From Zootoca vivipara (lineage: Eukaryota): a stretch of 64,000 nt of DNA. The translations under genes were made by a program, and so were the position numbers. The DNA lies in the NCBI RefSeq assembly GCF_963506605.1, contig NC_083276.1:85188001-85252000 (forward strand), in the 5' to 3' direction. The notes under the pieces are model-generated. The model did no database searches. It was not told the origin of the DNA and saw only the letters and a program-made list of their open reading frames with translations. Each line of letters starts with the position of its first letter. The first letter of the stretch is position 1. Positions 25,740 to 37,698 of the stretch are shown piece after piece.

Positions 25740-25960
25740 AAGTGGATAGGGAGAAGTCTTTCTGCCTAGTAATACTAGAAATCAAAATCAGGGCCATTTT
25801 ATCTAAGCTGAATGCTGGAAAATTCTGAACAAAGGAAAGTACTTTTTCACACAGCATGTTGTAAAATGATAGATTCCGCTGCCTCAGGATGTAGTAGTGA
25901 TGGCCAGGAACTTGAATGCCTTTAAGAGAGTATTGGACAAATTCATGGAGGATGGCTATA
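25740..25960 (+). mobile_element. CR1 LINE 3' fragment
   Basis: AAAGGAAAGTACTTTTTCACACAGCA..GATGTAGT..GATGGCC..TTGGACAAATTCATGGAGGA. Confidence 0.65.
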
Positions 25961-28492
25961 TTTCAGTATGTCTCTGAATCAGCGTTAGAAATTAGTCAGG
26001 CACCAGGTGCATTTTGCAACTAGTACAGGTCCAATTGTGAACACGCGGAGATCTCTGGATGCCAGATTGGCAACTGGGGAAAGCAAAATGTCACTTAGAG
26101 AAGGATCTGCAATATTTTCCTTGAAGCTTGAATTTGTTTCATTTTGGATTGTTTGGTTTGATGTTTTAATGTGTTGTAAACTGCTTTGAGATTTGTTTTT
26201 AAAATATATATAAAGCAGCATAGAAATGAAATGAATAATAATAATAAACCACACTACAAAAAAAATCCCCAAAATGCATGCCTAGACATTCCATTGTTGT
26301 GACCACAACCTATATTTAAGGAGCCATTTGGTGATTAGATTATATACCTGATTTTCTAACACTCTCTGAATACTTATTGATGGGAATTATATGGGAAGGT
26401 GCTGTTGTGTTCAAGTCTTGCTTGTGGATTTCTATAGACCACTGTGATAACATGATGCTGGGCTAGATAGACCTTTGGCCTGATCCAGCAGGACCTTTGG
26501 CCTGGCCTTATGTTCTTGACAACATGTCATTTTAATATGTAGATTAAATAGAAGTGCAGAGTAAAGGTCTATGGATGTCTCCAGTAAGGTTCCAAACTCA
26601 TTGCAAGGTATAATGTCTGTACTATTAATTCATATAAGGCACCCAACTACCATATGTTGCCTTCCAGATGTTTTGGACTATGATTATGGCCATGCTGGCT
26701 GGGACTGGAGGGCAACAGATTGAGGAAGGCTGCAGCGTCCTGAGTCGTCTGCAACTTCTGGGCTTTCCAACCTGTTCTTCCTCTGAAACCCCTTCCTTGC
26801 TGGTTTTGAGTTTAATTTATGGTTCCTGCTGGCCACAGAATAGTAGACAGGAAAGGGGATAGGTGAGGGGATTTGTGAAAGAACAGAGAAGGCTGTGTGG
26901 TTGCTGTATCTTCTTTTGGTGCAATGAGGCAAAGTTTTAAGCACTGTCTCCAGTCGAGAATGCTGGCAACCCTACTATACAGTGTGGATACCATAGGGCA
27001 AATATCTTTTGGACCTGGATTGTGACCAGTGAACCACATCCGGTAGCCAGTAAATATGATTTTATAAGGAGTTCTGCCAGTTGGATCATACATATTAAAT
27101 CTCCGAAGCACAAACACTCACCAGAAAGAAACTACTTGGCCAGCTTCTGTAACAGCAGCTTGATAGGGAGAAATCTGCAAAGGAGGCTTTTCATGGCATT
27201 GAGGGAAAATAGTATAACTTACTAACATCTGCATGTCAAGTTATCTTAAAAGCACAGTTACTGGGGCTGGTAGAAAAATTAGAAACCCTAGGGACAGGGT
27301 GGGAGTCCTCATGGCCCAACTGTACTTTCCTGAAAGGAAACAAAATGTTGTGGAGAGTTGTCTATTATTTGTGTCCAAGGTGTTCAGGTTGTTCCTTTTT
27401 TTCTTACCAGGCAGAGGAAACTTTCCCCATTATTTGATGCTGGAAAAAGCATCACTTTGTTGAATTTCTGTTTGTTACCTAGTGGTTCAAAAGCATTAAA
27501 GCCCTGCCAGGTAAAGATTGGCAATCTTCTTTTGAAGTTCTGTTGAAGCTGAGTAATTCACATGGTTGTGATTGCTAAAATATTCATGTGTGTTCAAAAT
27601 TGCTTATTGGTGCAATTGAAACTGATAGTTATCTTGTAATATGTGTTTGAAAAAAAGGGGCTTTGGGGAAAAGCAAACCTTTTGTAAATGCAAATTTGCC
27701 GACGTGAAGATGTCATAATATATACAAAAATTTGGTTGATTTCTAAAGTATGATTTTTGCTGCAGGGTACCTATTGTTTTGAGTTGAATTAGGATTGAAA
27801 CTAAAATAAAATATCCAAGATGGAAATTAGGGTCAATGAACCATTGTTACCCACTTTTGGTTGGTAAAAAGTTAAAATGTTGATGCAGCTAAACAAATAC
27901 AGTACTTGCTTATTCATTTAAATAGCTGGGATTCAAGGAGGGCATCTGGAAAGTGCACAATTCATGGGCAGCAGAAGTAAGGTCCCTTCATTCAACAGAT
28001 TTATGGTAAAATTCTATGTCATGTATACTCAGATGTAAGACACATTAAATTCAATGGTCCTTGGTCCTTGCCCTACGTTAGTGTGCATAGGATTGGAGAT
28101 TTGGATAGTCAAGTTCAAAATGTGATTCCTAAAACTCATTTGGAGTGCTTACTGGAATCACTCTCCCTCGTTTTTTTTACCATAGCAGTAGCAGCACTTT
28201 TCTTACGTTGTTGTTGTTTAGTCTTGTCCGACTCTTCATGACCCTATGGACCAGATTGCCCTCTTTGGTTATCTTTTCTCATCCCCGGTGATAAGCAAAT
28301 TTATTGCTGCACCCTGGCTATTCCCAAAATAGCTGGCTCACAGGTCATTTTTATTCAAAACTGAAGCTGGCTGTGTTGGCTCTCCCTTCCCGGATGCAAA
28401 TCTCCTCTCCAGTTTCTGCTTGAGGTAGCAAGGACTGATGTGAAAGATAAAGTTACTGGGGACTAAGCAGAGCACTCCCTAGCCCACCCTGC

Positions 28493-28495
<3 letters not shown>

Positions 28496-28562
<67 letters not shown>
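28496..28562. repeat. (CT)n microsatellite
   Basis: Read directly from sequence. Confidence 0.97.
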
Positions 28563-28565
<3 letters not shown>

Positions 28566-29708
28566 CTTCCAAACTTTCAGGTAAATATGGAGGAGATGCA
28601 TCCATGCTCCTGTATCCAGGGTTTCCAGAGGAACTGTTGCTGGAGATTTCCCAAATGGAAGGCAGAAGTTTTCTTTGAGCAGCCCACAACTGCATCCCTT
28701 AATATTAATCTGATTCTGTATCCATACATAAGGACTGGTGACTGCTCTTTGAACCTCACACAAGCACCCTCTTTCAGTAGTCCTTTTTTTTTTGCAGGGA
28801 ATCTGTTTTGGTGAAAGGAGGAAAACTCATATGTGTTCACCTTCATTCCACTCTGTTTCCTCCCCCCCCCCATTACTGTATCGAAAGAAATTCTTTTTTG
28901 TACTACAAGGCTAAAGAACACAGTATCTGGGTGATGATAATTATTTCTATGTATATGACAAGCAGCTAAAATAGCCAGCCAAAAAGATCCAACCCAAAGC
29001 ACTCATAATCGAGGACAGGATTATGTGGATGAGCTAGCATTGGGAATGATGGGCGCAGTGGAAATACCCTTAAAAGCCATATTAAAATCCTAGTTCTGCC
29101 ACAGAATTCCTTTGGGAATTGGAGGGCAAATTGTTTAGTTTCTGCTTCGGTTTCTTTCTGCAAAATGAGCCTAATGGGACTTGCAATTAGTGGGCGGTCA
29201 AAGGCATTAAAAGAATGTAACGAGAGTGGCAAAATTCAGTTGGTCAATAAAGTAGTTAAAGGACAAAATGGGCAGCAATTTTACAGGTGTCCTTTGTAAA
29301 TTGCATTGTCTTTTTAAACATATGATTTCTCCAAGTGCTGGCAGCCTTCAATAAAACCTTTCCCCAAGCATAGCAGCTATGTAATGCAAGACAAAGATGG
29401 CTGACAACTCACTTCAAAATATCCCATTACAGCCATGCTCAGAAAAAGGCTTGCGGTGGCCAAGCCAACCCTTTTATAAAGTTGCCTGGGCTGTCTATGG
29501 CTGTTTTCCTGGACAGGCTGTATTGCCAAGTGTAGCTCACTTGTTGCAGAGGCTGGGTGTTGAAGCAATAGGAGGGCACAGGTGTACAAGGCTCTAAGGA
29601 TGCGCATGATGCCCCGTGAGCACACAGTGTATGTAGGTATGTCTGCTACATGCATGTCACCCATTTCCACTGCGCAGGCATGCCATGTGTTTGTAGATAG
29701 GCTGGACC

Positions 29709-29776
29709 TGCCTAACGCGAGCCGAACGAACAAAACATTCACGTCAGGTCTTGTGCGTGGGGCTCGACGCGAGGCA
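29709..29776 (-). ncRNA. MIR375: miR-375 precursor hairpin; mature 3p arm at 29734-29713
   Basis: Minus strand contains TTTGTTCGTTCGGCTCGCGTTA (miR-375-3p, non-mammalian UUA end) pairing with the 5' arm GCCTCGCGTCGAGCCCCACGCACAA. It sits between CRYBA2 and CFAP65 as in mammals. Confidence 0.98.
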
Positions 29777-30107
29777 AGCACAGCAATCACCCAGGGACAG
29801 GTTACTGGAGATGTGTGAAGAAGCCCATTCCTGCCATGTCATTCTGCCACAAAATATGCCCCAGCCGCCACATGGGATTCCAGTCAGAGCATCACCTGGA
29901 AGGGAACTCCGAGGTATCTGTGGAAGAAAAAGAGCTTATAGGGAAATAAAAGGAAAAGGGAGGATGGAAGGGAATGGTAAAATAAAATAAAAATGGACGC
30001 AGGAGTAAAAATACTTAACAATAAACAAATTAAAGAAAAGGAGAGGCGGAGGTCATGCCTGGCAGGCAAGCAGAACTAAACCCTCGTATTTAGTACGGGA
30101 TAGTACT

Positions 30108-30458
30108 GGGACCCAGGTGGCGCTGTGGTTAAACCACTGAGCCTAGGGCTTGCTGATCAGAAAGTCGGCAGTTCGAATCCCTGTGACGGGGTGAGCTCCC
30201 GTTGCTTGGTCCCAGCTCCTGCCAACCTAGCAGTTCGAAAGCACGTCAAAATGCAAGTAGATAAATAGGAACCGCTACAGCGGGAAGGTAAACGGCGTAT
30301 CCATGTGCTGCTCTGGTTTTCCAGAAGCGGCTTTGTCATGCTGGCCACATGACCTGGAAGCTATACGCCGGCTCCCTCGGCCAATAATGCGAGATGAGCG
30401 CGCAACCCCAGAGTCGGTCACGACTGGACCTAATGGTCAGGGGTCCCTTTACCTTTAC
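30108..30458 (+). mobile_element. Full-length Sauria (Squam1/POM-type) SINE
   Basis: tRNA-like head GGCGCTGTGGTTAAACC...GTTCGAATCC and (ACCTTT)n tail; near-identical to the other copies in this window. Confidence 0.88.
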
Positions 30459-30990
30459 TTAGGTTTTCTTTGCCTTTAATATCCAACCGTTTTACAACAG
30501 TACAATGTAGGACCGAATGCTGTCTGGAGAAGGGAAATTCCAGATTCCGTTTCCCCTGACTCTTGAATCACACTGGATAGCCACGTTGCTTTAAGCAATT
30601 AAAAATAATGACAGAGGGGAGAATTTTGCTAAGCTTAACTTCTCTTTCCACCCTGATGGGAGAAGCTGCATCTGCTTAAATTCTCTCTTGTTGGCAAAAC
30701 TATCAAAGGCACAGAAGTGCAGTGCTGAATCAGGCAAGTCCCAGCAAGGTTCCCTTTTCTCTCCTCCCTTCCCCAAGTACCAGGGATAGTCCTGGGGCAC
30801 AGCAGAAGCCCCTGTGCATTTGGGGTGTTGAGCCCCCCATAACAAACCCCCATTGTGGCAGCTTCCAGCCTCCAGCCTCCTCTTCCCAGCGCCCATTCCT
30901 CCCCCCACCCCATGGCATTGCTGAGCAATAGCCTGGGAACATCTCACCTGGCTCCAGTGACACGTTGGCAGCTCCAGGTGAGGGACTCAC

Positions 30991-31570
30991 CTTCCCAGCC
31001 GAGCAAGTGGAAAATGAGGGTGATGCTGGCCCTGCGGTGGCTTTTATAGGCCTGATAAAAATAGCTCTGGCTTGGCAGGCAGCAAGGGGGGCCAGGGCGT
31101 GGGGGGCTGCATGGAGGAGCCTGAGGGCTGGGTTGTCACCAGGAGAGTGCCGTCTCCCCTGCACACCTGTCATGGGCTCTGCATTTGCTCAGGGCAAATA
31201 TTGACACAGCAGGGCAGGAAGGCAAGCCAGGCATGCGGGGTGGGGGGAGAGGGGGGCATCAGGAGCCCCCCAGATTAGCACCAGAGCCCTTGCTAATGGG
31301 GTTGATTAGAGCCAGCAGCCCGGGCAACTCGCTGCACAAAGAGCAGAGAGGGGGAGGGAAGGAAGGCAATGCTCATTAAACCTTCCCTGGAACAACACCA
31401 GCTGTCGCTTTCCGCCCACCTGCCTCTCTCACTTCGCTGCCCCAGGGCGGGCAGCGTGGGGAGGGGGGAGGGAGGGAGCGCAGTCCCGGGCAGGTGTATG
31501 GCACTGCTGGGAACACAGGAGGAGAAGGGAGGAAGGAGGGGATGGGCATGGCCGAGGGAGGGACGTGTAA
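30991..31570 (-). promoter_or_regulatory. MIR375: Putative miR-375 promoter and mini first exon
   Basis: TATAAAA at 31048-31042; AAG|GTGAGT donor at 30990-30985; FOXA-type CAAATATTGAC near 31195-31204; TAAT/ATTA homeobox cores near 31275-31310 and 31375; E-boxes CAGCTG (~31399) and CACCTG (~31417); GC- and G-run-rich. Confidence 0.65.
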
Positions 31571-32554
31571 AACGTCCACATCCTGGTTCAGGTGCAAGGG
31601 GATTGGCAGGTGCCAAGGAGAATCGGGCTTGAATGTGCAGGTTTGGGAGGGAGAACAGGAGAAGAGACTGTGCAGAGTTCCCTTTGTCACACTGCTGGCA
31701 CTGGAAGGCGAACCAGAGGGAAGCTAGGTTGCCCATTTGTGCCAGGCAGAGGCCAGCAAATTCAAATCAGGCCTAAGTGGGAAGAGTACCTTGAGTGCAC
31801 TATTGAGGAGTGAGAGGCTGGAGAAAGTCACAAACTGAATGTAACTCAGCGTGGTGTTTATACACGTTACGCACAATTTGGAGACGGCCAAGCAAAAGAA
31901 CTGCACATAATGTACTGGAGCTTGGGGGGGGGACTGTATGCTTGGGCTTCTGCTGGAGAACAAGATTCAGTCTTTGTATTAATCTTTTGCCTAGTCCCTT
32001 TATTTATATTAAAGTGCTTTTTACAGTTTTCATTTTTGCTATGATATATTCCTCCCATTTAAATATTGGGCACCAAGAGAGAGGTGTACTTCCTGAAGGT
32101 CTACCCAGTAATTTCATGCTGATGGACTCATGCTGAGCAGACTTGAACCTGTACTACACATCCACAGTCATTCTGCTTGGACAAAAGTCTTCTCTCCTTG
32201 GGATCCCTCTCCCCTTGGTCTTCTGTAAACAACATCAGCATTGGCAGAGCCACCACTGAAGTCAGTGGGACTGAGTTCTCTCTATGGAAACCAAAAAGGC
32301 CATGAGAATGAGATTTCTGTTACCTATCTGAGCCAGGGACTTGGAAGAGAGTGTTGAGTTACAGTAGTTAAGGCAGCTTTGTGTGACTGAAAGGAAACAT
32401 TAAAGCTAGTGTGTGCGTTGCCTGTTCTGGGAATGCATTTCTGGTTCCATGTTGCAGGGATTAAAGTTTACTCCCAAACTGAGTTAATGGATGTCATCTA
32501 ATGAAACAGTATTTTAGGGTTGTTGTTGTTTTTAAAAAAACAACAACCCTAAAA

Positions 32555-32856
32555 CAGGGGTCAGCAAGGTTTATCTTGCCTGGGCCAGATCAGTCCCATA
32601 GAGATCCCTCCCTGGGCCGGATGGCGCCCCCGCGCCCCCACGATTTTCGGTGTCTGTGTCTGCACAGATGCAATTTTCGGCATCTGCACATGCGCAGACA
32701 TGATTTTCGACACCGCAGAAGCGAGTCCCTGTGCTGCACTGCACCGGTTTAGCACAGCGCGTGAGCGGGCAGCTCAGTTCAGGGGCAGCTTATGGGCCGG
32801 TCGAATTACCTCCACAGGATGCTTCCAGCCCATGGGCCTTGGGTTGCTGACCCTTG
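32555..32856. mobile_element. Non-autonomous hAT element
   Basis: CAGGGGTCAGCAA / TTGCTGACCCTTG ends; perfect TSD CCCTAAAA. Confidence 0.82.
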
Positions 32857-32891
32857 CCCTAAAACAGTGTTGGTAGTTAAGGCCCTAGGGC

Positions 32892-34825
32892 AATATATTT
32901 TTTCCCAAATAATATTTATTCATTTTCAAACAATACAAAATACAAAAAAATCATAAAAACAAAAAGACAAAGACAAAAAATAAAACATAAAAAAGAAAAA
33001 CATATCAATTACAACAAATCTTTCATTTTTACTTGACATTGTAGACTTCCTCAATTCCCCCCTCACTGGGTCCATTTTTAAATCCAACTTTAGCAATTTT
33101 CATATTATATCTTAAGTCATTTTAACACATTTTTTTCATTATCTCTCAACTATTCCTAATCTGTAAACATCAATATCCTTAACCTATAATTCAACAATTA
33201 TTCCAAATCAGAAATTATTGTCCCAACCATCTATCTTCTATTTCACCCCTTAGCCTAAAATTTATTCCCAAAAATTATCCATAAATTCAGATATACTTCT
33301 TCTATCCTAATAACATTTAAACACTTAGATCTGATTCAGCCCCCCCTCCCCTGGATTTGGGGTCTCCCAGATGATTCAGCCAGTTCCATAGGTCATTCCA
33401 GTTTCGGACCATCTTAATCAGTCAGGAAACAACATCCATTATTACTCCTCACCCCACTCCCACTCTGTCATAGCTTATCCACCACACTTCCTTCTTCATC
33501 CCCTGCTGTCTCCCCAATTCTCTAACTGTTACATGATACAATTCATCTAAATTTCCACTTTTCAATCCTTTCACAATTTTTATTCCCCTTAGATTCTGAC
33601 CCCAGTATGGATCCTGCTCTCCCTCTCTCACTGGGAGGGCATTATTCCATGTTGGTTCTTCTTTAAAAACCCTTTGAGTCAAGCATGGGTCTTGTCCATC
33701 CCCCCTCTCACTGGGAGCACAATGTTCCATGCCCCTTCCTCCTCCTCTTTAGATTCAATTGCATGGTCCAGGACTGAGGAATGTTCATCTTTCTTCTCTA
33801 TGCTCTCTGATGAAATTAGTCCTTTTTCAATTTCCACACACTTCTGGTTTATTTTTCCAATCTGTATTGTATTCTGATGTACTTCACTTCTTAGATCTCA
33901 TAGCAATTTCAGGAATTCCTCTTGAAAATCTGAGAAGACAGATGTTACTATGTCTACTGGCATCTTGCTCGTCTCAAATTTCATGGGTACAGCACAGGTT
34001 ACAAAACAGGAAATGGCGCAGTTCGTATTTCCAAACTTCAAAGACAGAAATTATATCTGAACTGGTTGCAAACTAGCATTTTCAGTTCTTCTTCATACCT
34101 TAAAACTCTTATGTCCATTTACAAAAAGAGCATTTATCAAACTTCATATTCACAGCCTTCTATTTTGCGCTCTCTTCAATACTGACAGTTCCCAACCTCA
34201 AAGAGGTAAACAAATTCCTTCCTACTGTGACGTCATAATGGCGGCTGGCTGATCCCTCCAGGGACCCGACTCCAGCTTACAGGGGGACTTTCCCCAGTCC
34301 AAATAAAAATAAAAATTTACAGGGATTTTACTAAGTTCAACCCTTCTGCTCTTTACCCTGCCTCAGGGGGAAGGTTTTAAGTCCAATCTTTGGAAATTGA
34401 AAGCTTCTGTCAATCTTTCCGGCTTCGGGCAAATTAACTGCATCTCAATTCACTCAATGGGGGAGATCGACTTCCGTTTTTAAATCTCCTCCCGTGGCCA
34501 ATTCTTTCTGATTAAATTTTTTCTTTACTCACGGTATCCTTTTTCTTTACTCAAAAGTCCTTTTTCTTTACTCACAGTATCCAATGACAAAGGCACCCAC
34601 GTCTCCACTCCGCTCGCTCTCGGCTCCCTTAATAGGGCTTACCAGGGAGCAGAGGAGACGAAAAGGGGTGCAGCTGAGTCCCCACGTCCCCAGAACGCTC
34701 AATCTGGGGCTCTTTTTGGGGCCTGCGGCGCTCTCGCAGCTCCCCCCTCCCTCACAGCACCAGGGAATCTTGGAGCTCAAGATTCTCTCACCGGACAGCA
34801 ATGGCGGTAGACCGGAAGTTGTGTC
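32892..34825 (-). mobile_element. Non-autonomous non-LTR retroelement (HAL1-like / L1-dependent) with 13-bp TSD
   Basis: AAGGCCCTAGGGC at 32879-32891 and 34826-34838; CpG-rich 5' end ACTTCCGG..CGCCATT; T-rich 3' region ending AATAAA plus a short A run; decayed ORF at 33984-33449; no RT or endonuclease. Confidence 0.7.
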
Positions 34826-35549
34826 AAGGCCCTAGGGCTCTAAGGCAGCCTGCAGTCAATGTTGCTAGGGGTTCTGCATCCCAAGAACCCACACTGAATA
34901 GAGTCTCTCCAGGCAAAACTAGAATTTACCCAAAGCACAGAATTGCTGCCCAAAACAGCTGCCATATCTGGAGTTCCTTTCCCTTGTAATATTTAGTAAT
35001 GATACCATCATACTGTGCATTCACATGCACACCCATTGATCCACATCGTGGGGCAATATACATGGGACCTCTGGCCTTAAGAAGCATTCCTGTGTTTTGC
35101 ACAATGCCTAGTTCTGTCCTTGTATGCTATGCCAGCAACGAGGATGTTTTTTAAAATATGAAATTGTAAGGTTGGAGCAGACTTGTACATCATTTGGAGT
35201 AGCCTGTCAAAAATAAAACTGAAATTACCATATGCCGGCAGTCCCATAAAACAGAAGGGTGCAGCCTTTTGTTGTAGACTTTATGAGTGTAGGTGCATCT
35301 GATGTCCATGAAAAGCTTATGCCATAATTTGTTATTCTTTCAGATGCCACAAGATTCTTGATAGTTATTGTAGTGTATGTGTGACAGCCAGAAGTGTCTG
35401 TAGGCTGTAAGTATAAGAAGGAAAGCAATTGGGTGGGGTGAAAAAGATCAGTAGGAATTCAAAGAGGTTAATTTTTCATTGAATTTTGCCCTTTTTCCAG
35501 GATGACTTGACACTGTGTGGTTTTTCTTACTTAGATAACAGTGTCAATG

Positions 35550-35632
35550 CTGAAGAAGTGTGCATACACACGAAAGCTGATACCAAAATAAAAACTTAGT
35601 TGGTCTTTAAGGTGCTACTGAAGGAATTTTTT
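35550..35632 (+). mobile_element. Penelope-like element terminal fragment with hammerhead-ribozyme-like core
   Basis: CTGAAGA-A-GTGTG/CACAC-GAAAGCT followed by AATAAAAACTTAGTTGGTCTTTAAGGTGCTAC; near-identical copy at 37571-37698. Confidence 0.65.
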
Positions 35633-36016
35633 TATAATGCTTTACAATGTTACTTGATTTCAAGATGAATGTGTGATGCTCCCATTTTGCAGCTGAAAAT
35701 CTTAAGGACAAAGAGATTAGTGACATACCTAACACCATACAATGGGTTTTTTCCTACATATTTTAGATACATTCTCAATTTTTTTGTCTTAAGTGGCATG
35801 TTAGTTTTACTTTTGAGGGGACTCAATTTGTGCTTGCAATTTAATGTGTGCAGTGATACCAGCAGCATTGGTGGGAGCCGTATCAGTAGAAATCCAGGTG
35901 GGTGTTTCTTTTATACATAATTACAGTATACAAAACATAAATTGAGCCATAAATTCAATATAAGACGTCTGCATAAAACTATATCAAATGATAGACAGAA
36001 AGGTGATCATTTACTT

Positions 36017-36377
36017 CAGAGCTTTCCAAGCATTCCATGTTGGTGACACACATTTTAGACATGCATCATTTTGTGACACAGTAACACAGTCAAATCAAAT
36101 CAAACTTTATTTGCGTAGCCGACAGGCCATAGCATCAAAAGGACAAACACCAACAAAAATCCATTACAAATATGGTTACCAAATAAAACCTATTAAACCT
36201 ATTAAAACCCATGGTGAAAGCTGGGTTATCATTCAATACTGTAACACAGTTTTACTTGCAAACCGGAGGTGAAACTACCTTATAAGAGCGTGGCGGGGGG
36301 GGGGGCATTTGCATGACATCAGTGCACACTGCAGCTGACACACTAAAGTGTTGTGACACACAGTTTGGAAAGCTCTG
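36017..36377. mobile_element. hAT-like element with a nested LINE 3' remnant (~36091-36240)
   Basis: CAGAGCTTTCCAA / TTGGAAAGCTCTG ends; the internal insert has a (TTTGA)n tail and is flanked by GTAACACAGT twice. Confidence 0.6.
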
Positions 36378-37570
36378 ATTTACTTTGTTACAGTAGAACT
36401 ACTGGAGCGGAAGGCAGTGAGTCCAAACAGTAGGTGGAACAAGAGACAATGGTAAGCAGAGCCAACTAATTCGCATTTTGTTCCCTTCTTTTTCCCTGCT
36501 GAGTTCTTCAAGGACAACACCGGCAGCCAGTGCCACCCTCTGGAATGGTCCTAAGTAAAAAGATAGGCAGGTGGGGCTAACAGAGGACAGGGCCTTATTT
36601 TCCTGAAGGGACCAGCCAGCAGCCACTGCATTGTATTCTGTTGGAACTGTCATGAACAATACAGGACATTTTAATGGCCTTAAAAGCATTTTCCTTTCCC
36701 CAAACAATTTACCTGCTTTCTTGTTACATACCAGGAGACATACAATGTTCTCAAAAGATTTCTTAAAGCAGCCCAGGCATTCTCAAGTATGATGTTCCAT
36801 CTTGTCTTACTGATGTTCTTCCCCATTCCCCCACCCCCACTTACAGCAAGGATGCCATAGAATGACACCCTGTCCTAGCCGACAAAACCGGACCCTTATG
36901 CACCAGTTGTCTGAAGGAAAGCAACATCGTCATGTAAGCCTGCAAAGAACAGCCTGCCAACAGGTGATCCATCCACTGCTTTTGTTCTTTCTCTCTCTTT
37001 TCCAGCCCAACAATGGAGAGATACAGCAGGTGTTAAATGTTTAACAGGTCTGAGGATCACACCTGGCCCAAAGAACTCCCCCCCAAAGGCTGTCAGCTGG
37101 AAAATGCACAACTGTTGTACCCCCTGCTTGTACCTAGTGGTACTGGAAAGAGCTGCCCCTGGTGAAATTTGCCTCTCAAATACATCTTTGTGCCTGAGTT
37201 GTCATCTTAGATAGAAATGTGCAGTAGCTGTACTGTACATGCAGAATGATATCCAAGATGACAATGTCCTCATAAGACATGGATATCATTGATTTTTAGC
37301 ATTCTGATCTCAGACAAAGATTTGGCAAGACATTTTGTGGTAAAATGAAATAGGTGTGTGTTGTCCATCTAATGTTAAAATTTACCAGGTGGTCTCATCC
37401 CATTCATTGTTAAAAGCAAGACTATGAATTGAAATACCGGTAAATATTATTATGAAGTTTGTTTTTTAAAAAATGGAAGATACCTTTTTATATATAACAC
37501 ATATGTACTGAGGGTGGTATATACCCTCTGTATATACATAAGGGTCTGACTCTTCTGTTTCAAGTGTATA

Positions 37571-37698
37571 TGAAGAAGTGTGCATGCACACAAAAGCTCA
37601 TACCAAAATAAAAACTTAGTTGGTCTTTAAGGTGCTACTGAAGCAATTTTTTTATTTTGCTTCGACTCGGACCAACACGGCTACCTACCTGTAACTAG
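37571..37698 (+). mobile_element. Penelope-like element terminal fragment, second copy
   Basis: Same sequence as 35550-35632, extended by GACCAACACGGCTACC. Confidence 0.65.

Noticed and set aside
28453-28763. ORFs with (ER)n repeats; also poly-Pro ORF at 62153-62434
   Set aside because: Translations of the (CT)n and (GAG)n microsatellites.
29627-29655. Small hairpin next to miR-375 as a second miRNA
   Set aside because: Stem of only about 10 bp, too short for a Drosha substrate.
30108-30200. tRNA-like A/B boxes (also near 17275, 49510, 62440)
   Set aside because: SINE heads; no complete cloverleaf.
30591-31813. Many overlapping ORFs on both strands
   Set aside because: GC-rich promoter with few stop codons; no protein-like signal.
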